63,991 nt of DNA, filler included, from Basidiobolus ranarum (GCA_040143965.1; 42 parts of 42 records of this genome joined end to end with filler, not necessarily neighbours in it), one strand, 5' to 3'; shown: positions 37,110-48,893, counted from the first letter of the whole stretch. Made by a program: numbers and translations. Notes: generated by a model not told the origin, from the sequence alone.

Positions 37110-37809
37110 GTTTGTGTGATCTATGGATGATAGGAGTAGTGGTGTGATCGAAGTCAACCGGCTCCCATGCTATTTATTCGTTCCCCGGTTACACATTGAC
37201 CTCAAAGCCTCATGTCGGACTTGACAGCAGTATGCCAACTTTGGGGACATGTTTCAACTGGCCTCAATCCGTAAATGGCCGATTACTGATGATGTATACT
37301 AACTTGGTCCTAATTAGGGTTGTTTCATATTTATGAACTAAAAATATACATCCGTTGAAGTAGAAAATTTTATATTAGGTTTTTAGATTCAGTGTTACTA
37401 GAAATCTTCCATTTTAATAAAATTGAAAACAGTGCGGGAATTGAACAATATTTCAACTTCTTAATTTAGAAAACCACACGAGCAATTTTCTGGATTAAAA
37501 TTGGATGATCCCTACGTTAATTACGAGAAAATTAGTTTTATTAGATTTTCTAAACTGCCGAAATAATTAGTCAACATCAGTGATCGAGCTTGTGGCATAA
37601 AAGGACACCATACTTGGTCAGGACAAACAATATAAAAAAAGGTTGACGATGGCATTTGTTAAATCTAATTTATATATGGATACTTTTATTGTATATAACG
37701 ATTCAAGTGAGGAATATGGAAGATGTGATTGTGTACAAGAAATGAGTGCAAGTAAATGCCAGTAAGTAAAATTCAATGCTAATGGAATGAGTTAAGTAAC
37801 ATGTGATCT

Positions 37810-38127
37810 TCACAATTGAGGTCCAGCAGCAATGATTTCTGGAGTAGCTTGATCGGCGTACAACTGGAAGTTCTCGTTGAAAAGACCAGCGAGCTTCTCA
37901 ACTGTGGCTACATATGACTCCTTGGTACCTTTCCAGGCTGCTGAGGGGTTCAATACCTCATTAGGAACGTTACTGACTGCCTTAGGGATCTCGATGTTGA
38001 AAATGGGGTAATTTTCAAACTCGGCTTGAGCAAGTTCACCGTTATGGATGGCATCAATAATAGCACGAGAGTACTTCAATGAGATACGAGAACCAACACC
38101 ATAAGCACCTCCGTTCCATCCAGTGTT
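37810..38127 (-). CDS. PCK1: Phosphoenolpyruvate carboxykinase (ATP), C-terminal part of upstream copy
   Basis: NTGWNGGAYGVGSRISLKYSRAIIDAIHNG...LAGLFNENF...AAGPQL*. Confidence 0.95.
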   Translation of the reverse strand, partial: NTGWNGGAYGVGSRISLKYSRAIIDAIHNGELAQAEFENYPIFNIEIPKAVSNVPNEVLNPSAAWKGTKESYVATVEKLAGLFNENFQLYADQATPEIIAAGPQL

Positions 38128-38227
38128 NNNNNNNNNNNNNNNNNNNNNNNNNNNNNNNNNNNNNNNNNNNNTTAATTAATTAANNNNNNNNNNNNNNNNN
38201 NNNNNNNNNNNNNNNNNNNNNNNNNNN

Positions 38228-38345
38228 CACATCATCAAAATCCCTGGCAGAATGCAAGCCAACAATATTGTGATGGTTCTCTGATGGTTTTGCTATTTTG
38301 GAGGGTGGATCTGATCCGGATCAAATCAATTTTATTTTGTTAGGG
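38228..38345 (-). mobile_element. CACTA-like terminus type A inserted in own-family transposase
   Basis: Ends TTTTGTTAGGG; mostly CpG-decayed. Confidence 0.87.
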
Positions 38346-39220
38346 GTCAGTCCAATATCAAACTTAGTTTTAGCCACAAGACTAAGATTATATTGCTAAA
38401 GGTGATTGGCTGGGGCCAGAGCTTTCCATTAGGAACTATGCACTCACTATTCAACAAAATTTCAATACTGCTTACTTAGCTATATAGTGGAATATTCAAT
38501 ATGAATGAGCCATTCAAGATAGTATACAAGTTTGAATCAATTGGCAAAATGCTTGAAAATACCAAAATACCATCATATTTTACCAGGACTCCCATCAATA
38601 AACACTCATCTAGTTATTTATTCAATTGCAAAGACTGGAAGTATTGGACTTAAACATATTTAAGTAGAATCTTGGAAAGATTTTTGCCCTATAAGCATTG
38701 ACAACATAGGGAGTTGTTTGTGGATATTGTTAATATATTCTTATGGCATCAACTCACATAGGCAGATCTCAGGCAGATACAGCAACTTTGCTAAGATTTG
38801 GTAATTGATATGACAAACATTATTACAGGTTTACAGAAGAGAGACTAAATATGTGCCAGTATTCAACATATTCCCTGCTGCTTCTTTTAGAATGCTTATA
38901 GATTATAGGCCCTGGCTAAACATTGAGGGAGCTCCCAATGAGGCATACCTGCAATGAAATAATGCTCTATGTGAAATTGTCAGTATTACTATATGCTCAT
39001 ATGATTAACAATGTATGGGTAAATTTGGTGAAAGATGAAATGCAATGAGTTAAGGAGACTCCAGAGTATATTAACCTTCCAACAAAGGGCTCTTTTTAAT
39101 GAGCTCACAGGTTTTTGCATTGTTTGAGCACAATAACAGCAATAAAGCCCAATGCATGGGCACAGAGTAAGTACCTCTATAGTTTGGACTAATTTGTTTG
39201 TGTGTTAACCTGACAGAATT
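38346..39220 (+). pseudogene. CACTA/CMC transposase fragment
   Basis: Colinear with ~23130-24000, including GTMH and the GTAAGT donor. Confidence 0.85.
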
Positions 39221-39226
39221 TATATT

Positions 39227-39652
39227 GAATCTCACCCAAAAACACCTTAATTTAAAACAATTGTGGAAATATTAAAGACTATGGGTTGTTCTAAAGGTTC
39301 TTGACTTATTTCATGTAGAATATCATGGGTTTTTGCATTTAAATCAATTATGGGCAAGTATAGGCCTAATCATAAAACATCTTCAAGAGATATGCCATTA
39401 TTGACTTCAAAAAGAAAGAAAAGCATAATAAGCAGTACTCAAGGAGCAGTAAGTTTGTGAACCTAAGGGTAAAGCAAAGGAGCCAGTGATTTTTGGCTCA
39501 ACTATCCCACCTGCCAACTTCTTCATTCCATTATAAAGACCAATTTTCCTGAGTTGGACATACCAGCAGATATACTGTTGAAAGGCTTGATTTTTCCATT
39601 TAACTCAGAAAAATAGCTTGAAGAGTTCAAAAGTTAGTAGTATATACAACAC
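39227..39652 (+). pseudogene. Diverged ORF2 middle fragment
   Basis: LKVLDLFHVEYHGFL..WASIGLIIKHLQ..PKGKAKEPV. Confidence 0.65.
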
Positions 39653-39903
39653 NNNNNNNNNNNNNNNNNNNNNNNNNNNNNNNNNNNNNNNNNNNNTTAA
39701 TTAATTAANNNNNNNNNNNNNNNNNNNNNNNNNNNNNNNNNNNNNNNNNNNNTTGACAGAAATATCTATTAGAGCAATAAGCACATATATCTGAATGGCA
39801 GAATTGAGGGCTAACTGCTCAGAACATAAGTAACTAACTACTAAATAATGAGTTGCATTTTACCTAACTTCAAACACATGAAGTTTACCATCTTATTGTT
39901 TCA

Positions 39904-40640
39904 ATGACATAAAAGAGCATTCAAAAAATAGATCAAAACTTGCTTCAAAGCAAAAGCCTGCAGGCAGGAGAGGAAAAAGAATAGCAAGAACAAACGATTT
40001 AACTTACAAGCACTCCAGTGATCCATTATCCACTGTGGAAGGCATAGCACGCTTGGAACTAACTCAAGTAGCAATGAAGCATTATTCAATTTACCAGGCT
40101 TGTTTCATTCTAGCAGTAGTGCATGTAAAGAGAATTTAATACCCAATCATGTAGTAAATCAATATTTAAGCAAAGTTTAACAGAAACAGCATAAAGACCA
40201 TCGACTTTGAAAATGCCTACTTTGACAACTACTTAGCACCCCTCAGGAGTCAATTGGGATAGAACCATTAAAACAAGGAAATATCAGGCAAAACACCATA
40301 ATACTTAAGTGTGATCATAAGTAAAAACTACAAACTTACTGTACAAGCCATGACAAGCAAGATTGCAGCAATATCTCAAGTGATGCAGCTTTGTGAAGCC
40401 AATAGTCATTGGTCAGAGAGTATCTCAAGAATGATATAAGACCTTCAGAATGCTGTATTTGAAATACAGCCACATGCGCCTCCCTCCTTCCATTCTCATG
40501 GAGCATTTTAATCTTTCTCACACCATGAATATGAAGAGCACCATGACAAACTAGCAGATAATAATATGTGTTGGACCATCAAGCTGACACAAAGACCCAA
40601 GATTGGTTGGGCACATGAAAAGAGAAATATCAAGGGAAAA
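39904..40640 (+). pseudogene. Diverged ORF2 5' half
   Basis: Colinear with 32162-32900. Confidence 0.65.
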
Positions 40641-41176
40641 TTGATAAAAGTGTTTAGGGGATTTGGAAGTGTTTTGGGCAAGATTTGGATTTGTGAATTG
40701 GACACTTGAGTTATATTGAATTGAATATGTCCTATTTACAGTTTACTACGAAATAGAACTATTGACGTGCTTAGATCATAACAAACATGCCTGTTAAGAA
40801 TGGGTGAAAATTTGAGGTGATTTGGAGTAGTTTTGAGAAAATAGTGAAAATTGGTAAAAGTGATCTAATTGATATTTTTATCAATTAGAGTAATAAACAC
40901 ACGTTTTTGAATAACAGAATTGAGTGCTAAATAATCTGAATATGAATAAACTGACTACTAAATAATGAGTTGCTATTTACCTAATTTCAACATTCCCACT
41001 CAACTAATTATTTTGTATTTCTCTTAAACCTAACTTATATCTTAATAATTCAAATTGTGCTTTATCTAAAGGTTTGGTTAAAATATCAGCTATCATTTCT
41101 TCAGTAGGGCAATAGACAAGTTCAATTATATCATTCTCTATTGCTTCTCTAACAAAATGATGCCTAATATCTATAT
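40641..41176 (-). mobile_element. Copia C1 RNase H end and 3' LTR inserted in ORF2
   Basis: Reverse complement of ~2195-2728. Confidence 0.88.
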
Positions 41177-42070
41177 NNNNNNNNNNNNNNNNNNNNNNNN
41201 NNNNNNNNNNNNNNNNNNNNTTAATTAATTAANNNNNNNNNNNNNNNNNNNNNNNNNNNNNNNNNNNNNNNNNNNNTTACTGTACGCATAGGCTAGTCTA
41301 TTTGTTATGTCAATAGAGGTTCTAGTGATATTCCTTTTATAAAGCAGTAATACCAACCATACTATTATTATTTATTCACATACCAATTAAGGAACAGCCT
41401 TTTATTCTCTACTTTTCATAACATTCATTTGCTATTTATTCATCTATCTCTGTTTACCTAAGATCATCATTAAGAGTATGTTACTATTGTACTCTAACGC
41501 TCATAATAGGTTTAATTTTTGTATGCATTTTTTAAATGGCAATATAGCTTTGTTGACTCAATGTATAGACATGTTATTTGTCACACAAAGCTCAAATGAC
41601 AGTCCATCTCATTATGAAGGCAATTCCACCAAATTTGCCAGTAATATACATACCAACATCTATTGCAGTGAATGAATCAGTTTAAAGCAATAGTGAACAT
41701 GTTGGCGGAGCAGTGACTGAATGATCGGTAAGGAGTTCTTCCATCAATTAAACTTGAGCCGTAGTGTAGCCTGTAATTTTGATTCATCATCACACAAGGG
41801 TAAAAGCCATATTTGGAAAACTTTCATTATTGCTAACATGTTGTTGCTCAGTTACATAATACATGTCTATAGTATCACAAGCTGCACTAATGCACTAACA
41901 TATATGTGACATATGGTTACCTGTTAGATGTTGTTATTAATAGCAATACTTCTATATACCTTTCTTGACTTTCCGAACTTAGAGATATCTTCAATTAATA
42001 GCTGAAATTATTCATCCACTGGATAACAAATATTTATAAAATTGAGAAAACTGAATTACATGCTATACAT

Positions 42071-42514
42071 TATTGAAACTAGCATTGCCTAAACACCCAT
42101 ATAGTCATACTTAGCTTAGTACATAGTTATCCTATATTTCACCAAGATATCACTCATTATTCTTAATTGTAATCTACTTGCAATATTTTTACCAACTTAG
42201 AAGTACTCAGTTGAGTACATTTCTCAAACTTGTGCTAGAAGCTCCAAGCTTTGCACACATACTCCTTGGTTGCTTTGTAACATATTATGCACATTGGGCT
42301 TTCTGGCATATAAATAAATAAAACTCAGTGAGAACCACCAATTTCTCAACTTATCCATTTAACTTCTAACAAGCTCCCAAAATACTCTGACAGGTTATGA
42401 GCCCCAATCTTGCAATCTCGGTAATGCCTACTTCCCAATTTCTGGAGCTTTTCCCTCTTCTGAAATATTGAATGGAACCAATTGTCATGTTTGTAAAGTT
42501 AAGATGAAAATGCT
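42071..42514 (+). mobile_element. C3-type 5' LTR (42071-42392), PBS GGTTATGAGCCC (42393-42404), gag start
   Basis: LTR similarity to 21749; PBS directly after ..GACA. Confidence 0.82.
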
Positions 42515-42700
42515 GTCTAACAAAAATAAAATCAATCTCATCCAGATTGGATCCACCCTTCTAAAGTGCAAAACTGTCAGAGAACCATCACAATATTGGT
42601 GGCTTGCATTCTGCCATGGATTTTGATGATGTGATGGCAGTTTCTTGACAGTATTTAGATGGTATTCATACATGTTAAAATATTGATCCTCATATTTGGT
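42515..42700 (+). mobile_element. CACTA-like terminus type A, fully CpG-decayed
   Basis: gtCTAACAAAAATAAAATC.. aligns to 10498. Confidence 0.8.
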
Positions 42701-42800
42701 NNNNNNNNNNNNNNNNNNNNNNNNNNNNNNNNNNNNNNNNNNNNTTAATTAATTAANNNNNNNNNNNNNNNNNNNNNNNNNNNNNNNNNNNNNNNNNNNN

Positions 42801-44224
42801 AACCAATAGTCCTATTTCATAGTAAACTATAACTAGAACATATTCAATTCAATAAAACTTAAGTGTCTAATTCACAAATCCAAATCTTGTCCAAAACACT
42901 TCCAAATCCCCTAAACACTTTTATCCAGTTATGAGCCCCAAGCTAGCTGTTGATGGAATGTCTACCAGTACTATTATCAATGTTTTTGCATCCACAGAGA
43001 AATTTGATGGTGAATACTTTTCCTTTGGAAGTTCAAGATGCAAATGGTGCTAGAAGACAAGGACCTTTGGGGATTTGTTACAGAGGAGGAATTAGAGCCA
43101 AAGGGACCACCATATTTCATAAGAAGCAGATAAATCCTGATGATTCTATGCTTAATCATATAAATTGGATAGAAACAATGGCAGATCAGCTCTCATCCAT
43201 TGGAGCATCTCTAAATGAATATGACTTAGTCATGACACTACTTGGGAGCCTGCCAGAAAAGTTTGGGAACCTTATATTGCCCTAGAATCAAGATCAGAGC
43301 CATTAACAATGGAATATGTTGGTGCTAAGTTTTTAAATGAAGAAATTAGGTAAATAGCAACTCTCTACTTAGTAGGTAGTTTATTCATATTCTGATTATT
43401 TAGCACTCAATTCTGTTATATAAAAACGTGTGTTTATTGCTCTAATTGATGGAAATATCAACTAGATCACTTTTACCAATTTTCACTATTTTCTCAAAAC
43501 TTCTCCAAATCACCTCATATTTTCCCCCATGCTTAACAGGCATGTTTATTATGATCTAAGCACATCCAAAAGTCCTATTTCATACTAAGCTATAAATAAG
43601 ACATATTCAATTCAATAAAACTCAAGTGTCAAATTCACAAATCCAAATCTTGTCCAAAACACTACCAAATCCCCTAAATACTTATATCAGAATTAAGGGG
43701 ATCTAATTCTCAGCAAAATAATGCAGAACAGGCATTTTTTGGAGCTGTAAAACATCCAACAGGCTTCAATAATGGAGCCCCTATTAGGAAATTAATCATC
43801 TGCAAGTATTGCAAGAAACCAGGCCAGTTAATAAAAGATTGCAGAAAAAGGATTTTTGCCAAAAAGCTAAAATCAGAACAAGCAAATCAAGTAAGCACTG
43901 ATAGAGATTGTCTATTTGTGTCTGCTCTATCAGTAACCACTAAAGAAGACTCAGAAATGTGGTACATTTATTCAGGAGCTTCCCAACAAATGTCAAACAG
44001 GAAAGATTGGTTTTCCAGCTTAAAACCAATACAAACAAGGAAAGTCTACTTTGGTGATGACTTTGCACTAGATGCAGTTGGTAAGGGCACAGTTATAGTC
44101 AATTTAGAGCGGAATTCAGCTACACCATCTGCAAAATTAGATGATGTACTCTATGAACAAAATATAGCCAAGAATCAAATCTGAGTAAGCCAAGCAACAA
44201 CTCAAGGATTTAGTTCCATGCTCA
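42801..44224 (+). mobile_element. Copia C1 LTR end, PBS, gag-protease with an internal solo C1 LTR (43345-43689)
   Basis: gag resumes after the LTR; CKYCKKPG; WYIYSGASQQM. Confidence 0.88.
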
Positions 44225-44756
44225 NNNNNNNNNNNNNNNNNNNNNNNNNNNNNNNNNNNNNNNNNNNNTTAATTAATTAANNNNNNNNNNNNNNNNNNNN
44301 NNNNNNNNNNNNNNNNNNNNNNNNTGGCACTGTAATTGTTCAAAATGTATCTTGAATTTGTATCCTCTGATAGGAGAAACACTTAGGGTTTCTTTCTATT
44401 AGCTGAAATTGCAGCTTGGCCTGCAGTAAAGGAAAAATCCCACCCTTGCACTCTAAGAAATGTTTGCTTAGCTGTAGAATACTATGAGGTGAATATCTAC
44501 ATTGCAACATGCCATTCCTGTGTGCATATGACAAGTGACTGCTTGAAAACATGCAGGATAAGTCTTTTGAATAAACCATTGAATAACCTTGACCCTATTC
44601 TTGTACATATATATTGAAATAATATCAAGTATTGATTGTATAAGCAGTTGCTGGCTTTAATTACTCAAGATAATATGCATTATGGCTAAGGCAGATTTGG
44701 TGTATATAGCTGAATGTACAAGGCCTAAATGAAAGCTTGAATTACTAAAAATCATA

Positions 44757-45196
44757 CCCTACAAAAATAAAATTGATTTGATCTGGATTGATCCACCCTT
44801 CTTAATTGCAAAACCATCAGAGAACCATCACAATGATGGTGGCTTGCATTCTGCCAGGGATCTTGATGGTGAGACCACAGCTTCTTGATGGTCTTTTGAT
44901 GGTATTCTTACATGTTAATATATTAATCCTCATATAGGACATGCATTATTTAATTTCTGGCAATTTTTGCAAAAATCTAATTTTTGAATGGCAAATTACC
45001 AAGTTTACTGCTGCAAGACTTCGAATTAATATGCATGCCTTTATTTAGATGTTTTAGGCTTTGTATTCCAGCCATAATGAGAATCAAAAAATACAAGAAT
45101 CTTGATGTGTTTTGTCTCTACATATGCACATACTTCACTGATCAGATATAATGCAATAGCAACAATATGCTTAACCAGCAAACTAATGGTAGAAAA
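44757..45196 (+). mobile_element. CACTA-like terminus type A, CpG-decayed
   Basis: CCCTACAAAAATAAAATTG.. colinear with 14726-15165. Confidence 0.85.
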
Positions 45197-45747
45197 TGTT
45201 GAAGTTTATTGTCTTTATCATATTTGTTATATCTATCTTTATACACCTAACTATTATATATATCATATATAAGTTAGTTAACATTACTTAGTCAATTATC
45301 ACTTGATTGCAAATTGGAACATATATCATATATACATGTGAATCATGTGAGAATTAGCAATTCCATATTGAAAATTTCCAACTTGTCCAAATTGCCCCAA
45401 TATATCTCATTTTACTCCCACAAATATTATGAACACAACCCCAGTGTTAGTTTCCTGTATTTCTACCAAAATGTACAAGTGCTTCATTTCTGGACAATAA
45501 ATAATTATCTCACCAAAGCTATTCATAACTCCACTTTTCTAAAGTTCCTCCAAATAGCCCATATTTTCCCAATTGTTTGTGAGCCCTGTGTTCTAACCTT
45601 GACAGCATGACAGAAGCCACTACTACCACTTTTATTAACTCAAGTGTTGAAAAGCTTGATGGAGAAAATTACAATTTCTGGAAGTTCAAGATGCAAATTG
45701 TTGGATAATTAATCTTTATTCAACATCATAGTTAACTTTAGTTATGA
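45197..45747 (+). mobile_element. Copia C2 5' LTR (45197-~45573), degenerate half-tRNA PBS, gag start; C4 LTR inserted at 45699
   Basis: gtttgtgagccc; MTEATTTT..VEKLDGENYNFWKFKMQ. Confidence 0.85.
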
Positions 45748-45847
45748 NNNNNNNNNNNNNNNNNNNNNNNNNNNNNNNNNNNNNNNNNNNNTTAATTAAT
45801 TAANNNNNNNNNNNNNNNNNNNNNNNNNNNNNNNNNNNNNNNNNNNN

Positions 45848-46850
45848 GCACTTACAATTCAACAACATACCAATACTACCTACTCAGCTATAAAGTGGAA
45901 AATTCAATATGAATGAGCCATTCAAGAAACAATCAAAGTTTGAATCAATTGGGAAATGCTTGTTCTTACTTATTTTTTCCTTTTATGCCAGCAGGCTTTG
46001 GCTTGGAGGCCAATTTTGATTTAGATTTTGAATGCTTTATGAATGGAATTGAAGCTTTCAGATGGTAAACATGATGTAATGAAATTGCTTAGAAACCACA
46101 TATAAAAAACTAAAGTTTCAATCCTCTACTGAAAATATCTTGCAAATACCCTGATGACTCATCTGTGACACCAGCTCAGAATCAGCTGATGATATTGATC
46201 CGCTATACCTAAAATACCACCCTGACATAGGAAGTGTACTTTTTTCCACAATATCCTTCTCATGCTGCAACACAAACATTTAAAGAAGCCCTTCTAGTAT
46301 TGTCACAAATTCTAGTGCTATCAAAGCTAGAGGCTTCATAGAAAAAATAATCACAAGAATGGTCACTATACAAAGCAACCAGCTGCACAAAGCCTGGTGC
46401 ATTTCAACAGTAATAAGTGCTCAAAACCAACTTTAGTTTTGCCCACTGAGTTCACCAACTGTTCTTTGCCTGAAATTTTGGTAACACTGCCAAAAGTCAA
46501 GATACTGTGGAGTTACAACTGTTATATGTCCCGAATGATGTAGATAGAAATGCAATTTTTGTTGAATCAGTAAGTCTAGATGACTTTGAGGACATGCTGC
46601 TAGATGTTGACCTTGGTTATTCCAATACTGATGGTAGTATATTAGAAGTTAAAGAAGAAGACAGTGGTTTTGTTACAGCCTCTTTGTTAATGGCAAACAT
46701 TAGTCCACTCATGACACTTACAGTAAAGGAAGCAGCTTTGACTATTGAGGAGCGGAGAGTTCAATCCAATCTTAGCAACCAGGTGTTTATAGGTTTTTTT
46801 TGCATTTTTACTTAAGTTGATGATCCACTGTTGCTGCAACAGACCTGGTA
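45848..46850. mobile_element. CACTA-like interior: transposase fragment (+, 45848-45961), ORF2 5' end (-, 45962-46050), divergent + strand ORF (~46150-46850)
   Basis: Homology to 23225-23340, 32150-32255 and 14290-14705. Confidence 0.7.
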
Positions 46851-47270
46851 CAAGTGGAAGAAAGCAGCCATACTTCTGTGTTTTTTTCTTTCAAACAACT
46901 GGTTGCCACACTAAACTGCCTGATGGATTGCATTGGTCAAGGTCACTGGGTCAGCCATAGTGAGTAAAAGATACTTAATATCTTCCTGGAGTCCATAATG
47001 AGATTGATTGATCTGCACATAATCTCCCCAATTGAGATCACTGGCAAGAAGGTGGAATTCTGCAGCATCAGTTGATGCAGGCTTTGACTCTTGTTGTCAT
47101 GATTCTGATCTTGGCATACTGAGCCACTACAAATAGAACTTCTCTATTATTAGATTATGACATCATATCTGCTGTGCCATCCCTTCTTGGCAATCTGGTG
47201 TCAGTTCATCCAGATTGCCTTATATGGAAGTCATGTTCTTTGGAACATTCCATGAAACCTAACCAATCAT
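46851..47270. mobile_element. Gypsy gag fragment (-) interrupted by G1 LTR start (+, 47095)
   Basis: Reverse complement of ~17310-17560; TGTCATGATTC. Confidence 0.8.
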
Positions 47271-47699
47271 NNNNNNNNNNNNNNNNNNNNNNNNNNNNNN
47301 NNNNNNNNNNNNNNTTAATTAATTAANNNNNNNNNNNNNNNNNNNNNNNNNNNNNNNNNNNNNNNNNNNNGGCCCTCTTTTTTATAAACGGAATAGTGTC
47401 CTTTGAATATATCATCTTTGTACCACTACTATATGGAAAAGATTTATTAAGCTTCAATACATCGTAAACCATCTTATTCCCAATAAACCGTACCAGTCAT
47501 TTGGTTTAGGAAATAAATACAACCATCACATTCACACGCTTAGTATTACCAGCCAGGGTACCATAATTCTATTATCTGTATATCTCAATATGTTCCACGA
47601 TTAAGACTCTAAGCTTTGACCCAGAAATGGGACATATCATGGGTTCCACCACAGAACAAGACGATGACCAAAGGTATAATTGAATTTTCACCTCAAAGG

Positions 47700-47706
47700 T
47701 ATAAAA
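47700..47706 (+). promoter_or_regulatory. Putative TATA box of oxidase gene
   Basis: TATAAAA ~100 bp upstream of ATG. Confidence 0.4.
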
Positions 47707-47804
47707 GTTAAGAGCTTCACCATTATTCAACATATCCTCCGGCTTCTAGCTATCTCTGTATTCATCAAGACCTGAGAAGTATTTTCAAAACTTAACAACC
47801 TAAG

Positions 47805-48793
47805 ATGCAAAAAATGAACTCTGGAGATCTTTACAAAAGAGTAAATATCACTCGTAATGATGGCACCAAACCTCATGTTCTTATCATCGGAGGTGGTGTC
47901 TCTGGTCTTACTACTGCTTGGGCTTTGCGTAATTCGGGATGCTCGGTTACTGTACTAGCGAAACAATACGCACGACATGGAGCCCATGGCGAAGAGATAG
48001 TCTCTGAGATTGCTGGTGCACTATGGGAATGGCCTCCTGCTGTTTGTGGCTCCCATGGTAAAGATACCGATGAACAATTAAAGAACTTGCAACGTTGGTG
48101 CCAGATATCCTACCTTCAATTTAAGGACATTGCTGATAAATTTGGTGCGGATTTAACTGGTATTCGTAAGCGCATGTCATGTTTTCTCTTTGATCGCAAG
48201 CTTACTACTGAAGGTCTAAAAAAGAAAAGTGAAATTGAAATTGTATGTGATGGCTTCAACGACAATGTCCAAGATTTAATCAAGAAATACAATATCAATA
48301 CCAATCTGGAGAAGAATGGTTACAATATTGTTGATGGTTATGAGCATCTATCATATGTAGTTGATCCTGGAAACTATCTTCATTGGTTAAGAAAACTAGT
48401 TGAAGACAAAGGTGTTACCCTTCTCCAGGGCATCGTTGAAGATACTCTCCATGAGGAAGCACCTGATCTGTTAAGGCGTTTCAAGGCTGATATCATCGTC
48501 AACTGCACTGGCATGGCCTCCAGAGAACTATGTGGCGATGAGAAGATGAAGCCTCTTCGCGGAATTCTTATACACGCGAAGAATGACGGAAAGAGCTTCA
48601 AAAAGATGGAAGGATGCATCTCAATCTCTCAACGTGATGCTGATGCCAATGCCACCGTCGAAGAGAAAAGGAAGGCTGAAGAAGGAAGATTCGAGTTCAT
48701 CGTACCAAGAAACGATGATATTCTTATTCTTGGTGGTTATGCGCAAATGGGTCAAGAAACACTTGAGTGGAATGAAAAAGAGCATCAGTACCT
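47805..48793 (+). CDS. FAD-dependent D-amino acid oxidase family protein, 3'-truncated
   Basis: VLIIGGGVSGLTTAW (GxGxxG), SEIAGALWEWPP, VVDPGNYLHWL, IIVNCTG, PLRG, FIVPR..ILGG; uninterrupted ~330 codons. Confidence 0.88.
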
Positions 48794-48893
48794 NNNNNNN
48801 NNNNNNNNNNNNNNNNNNNNNNNNNNNNNNNNNNNNNTTAATTAATTAANNNNNNNNNNNNNNNNNNNNNNNNNNNNNNNNNNNNNNNNNNNN

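Noticed and set aside
37110-37157. ORF-track N-terminal extension of PEPCK (MTSITPLL...)
   Set aside because: Begins at TTG; the first ATG is at 37109, downstream of a TATA-like AATAAATA.
35178-48793. PEPCK, oxidase and transposon genes as a gene cluster or as cargo of one large element
   Set aside because: They are on different contigs; order reflects contig length only.
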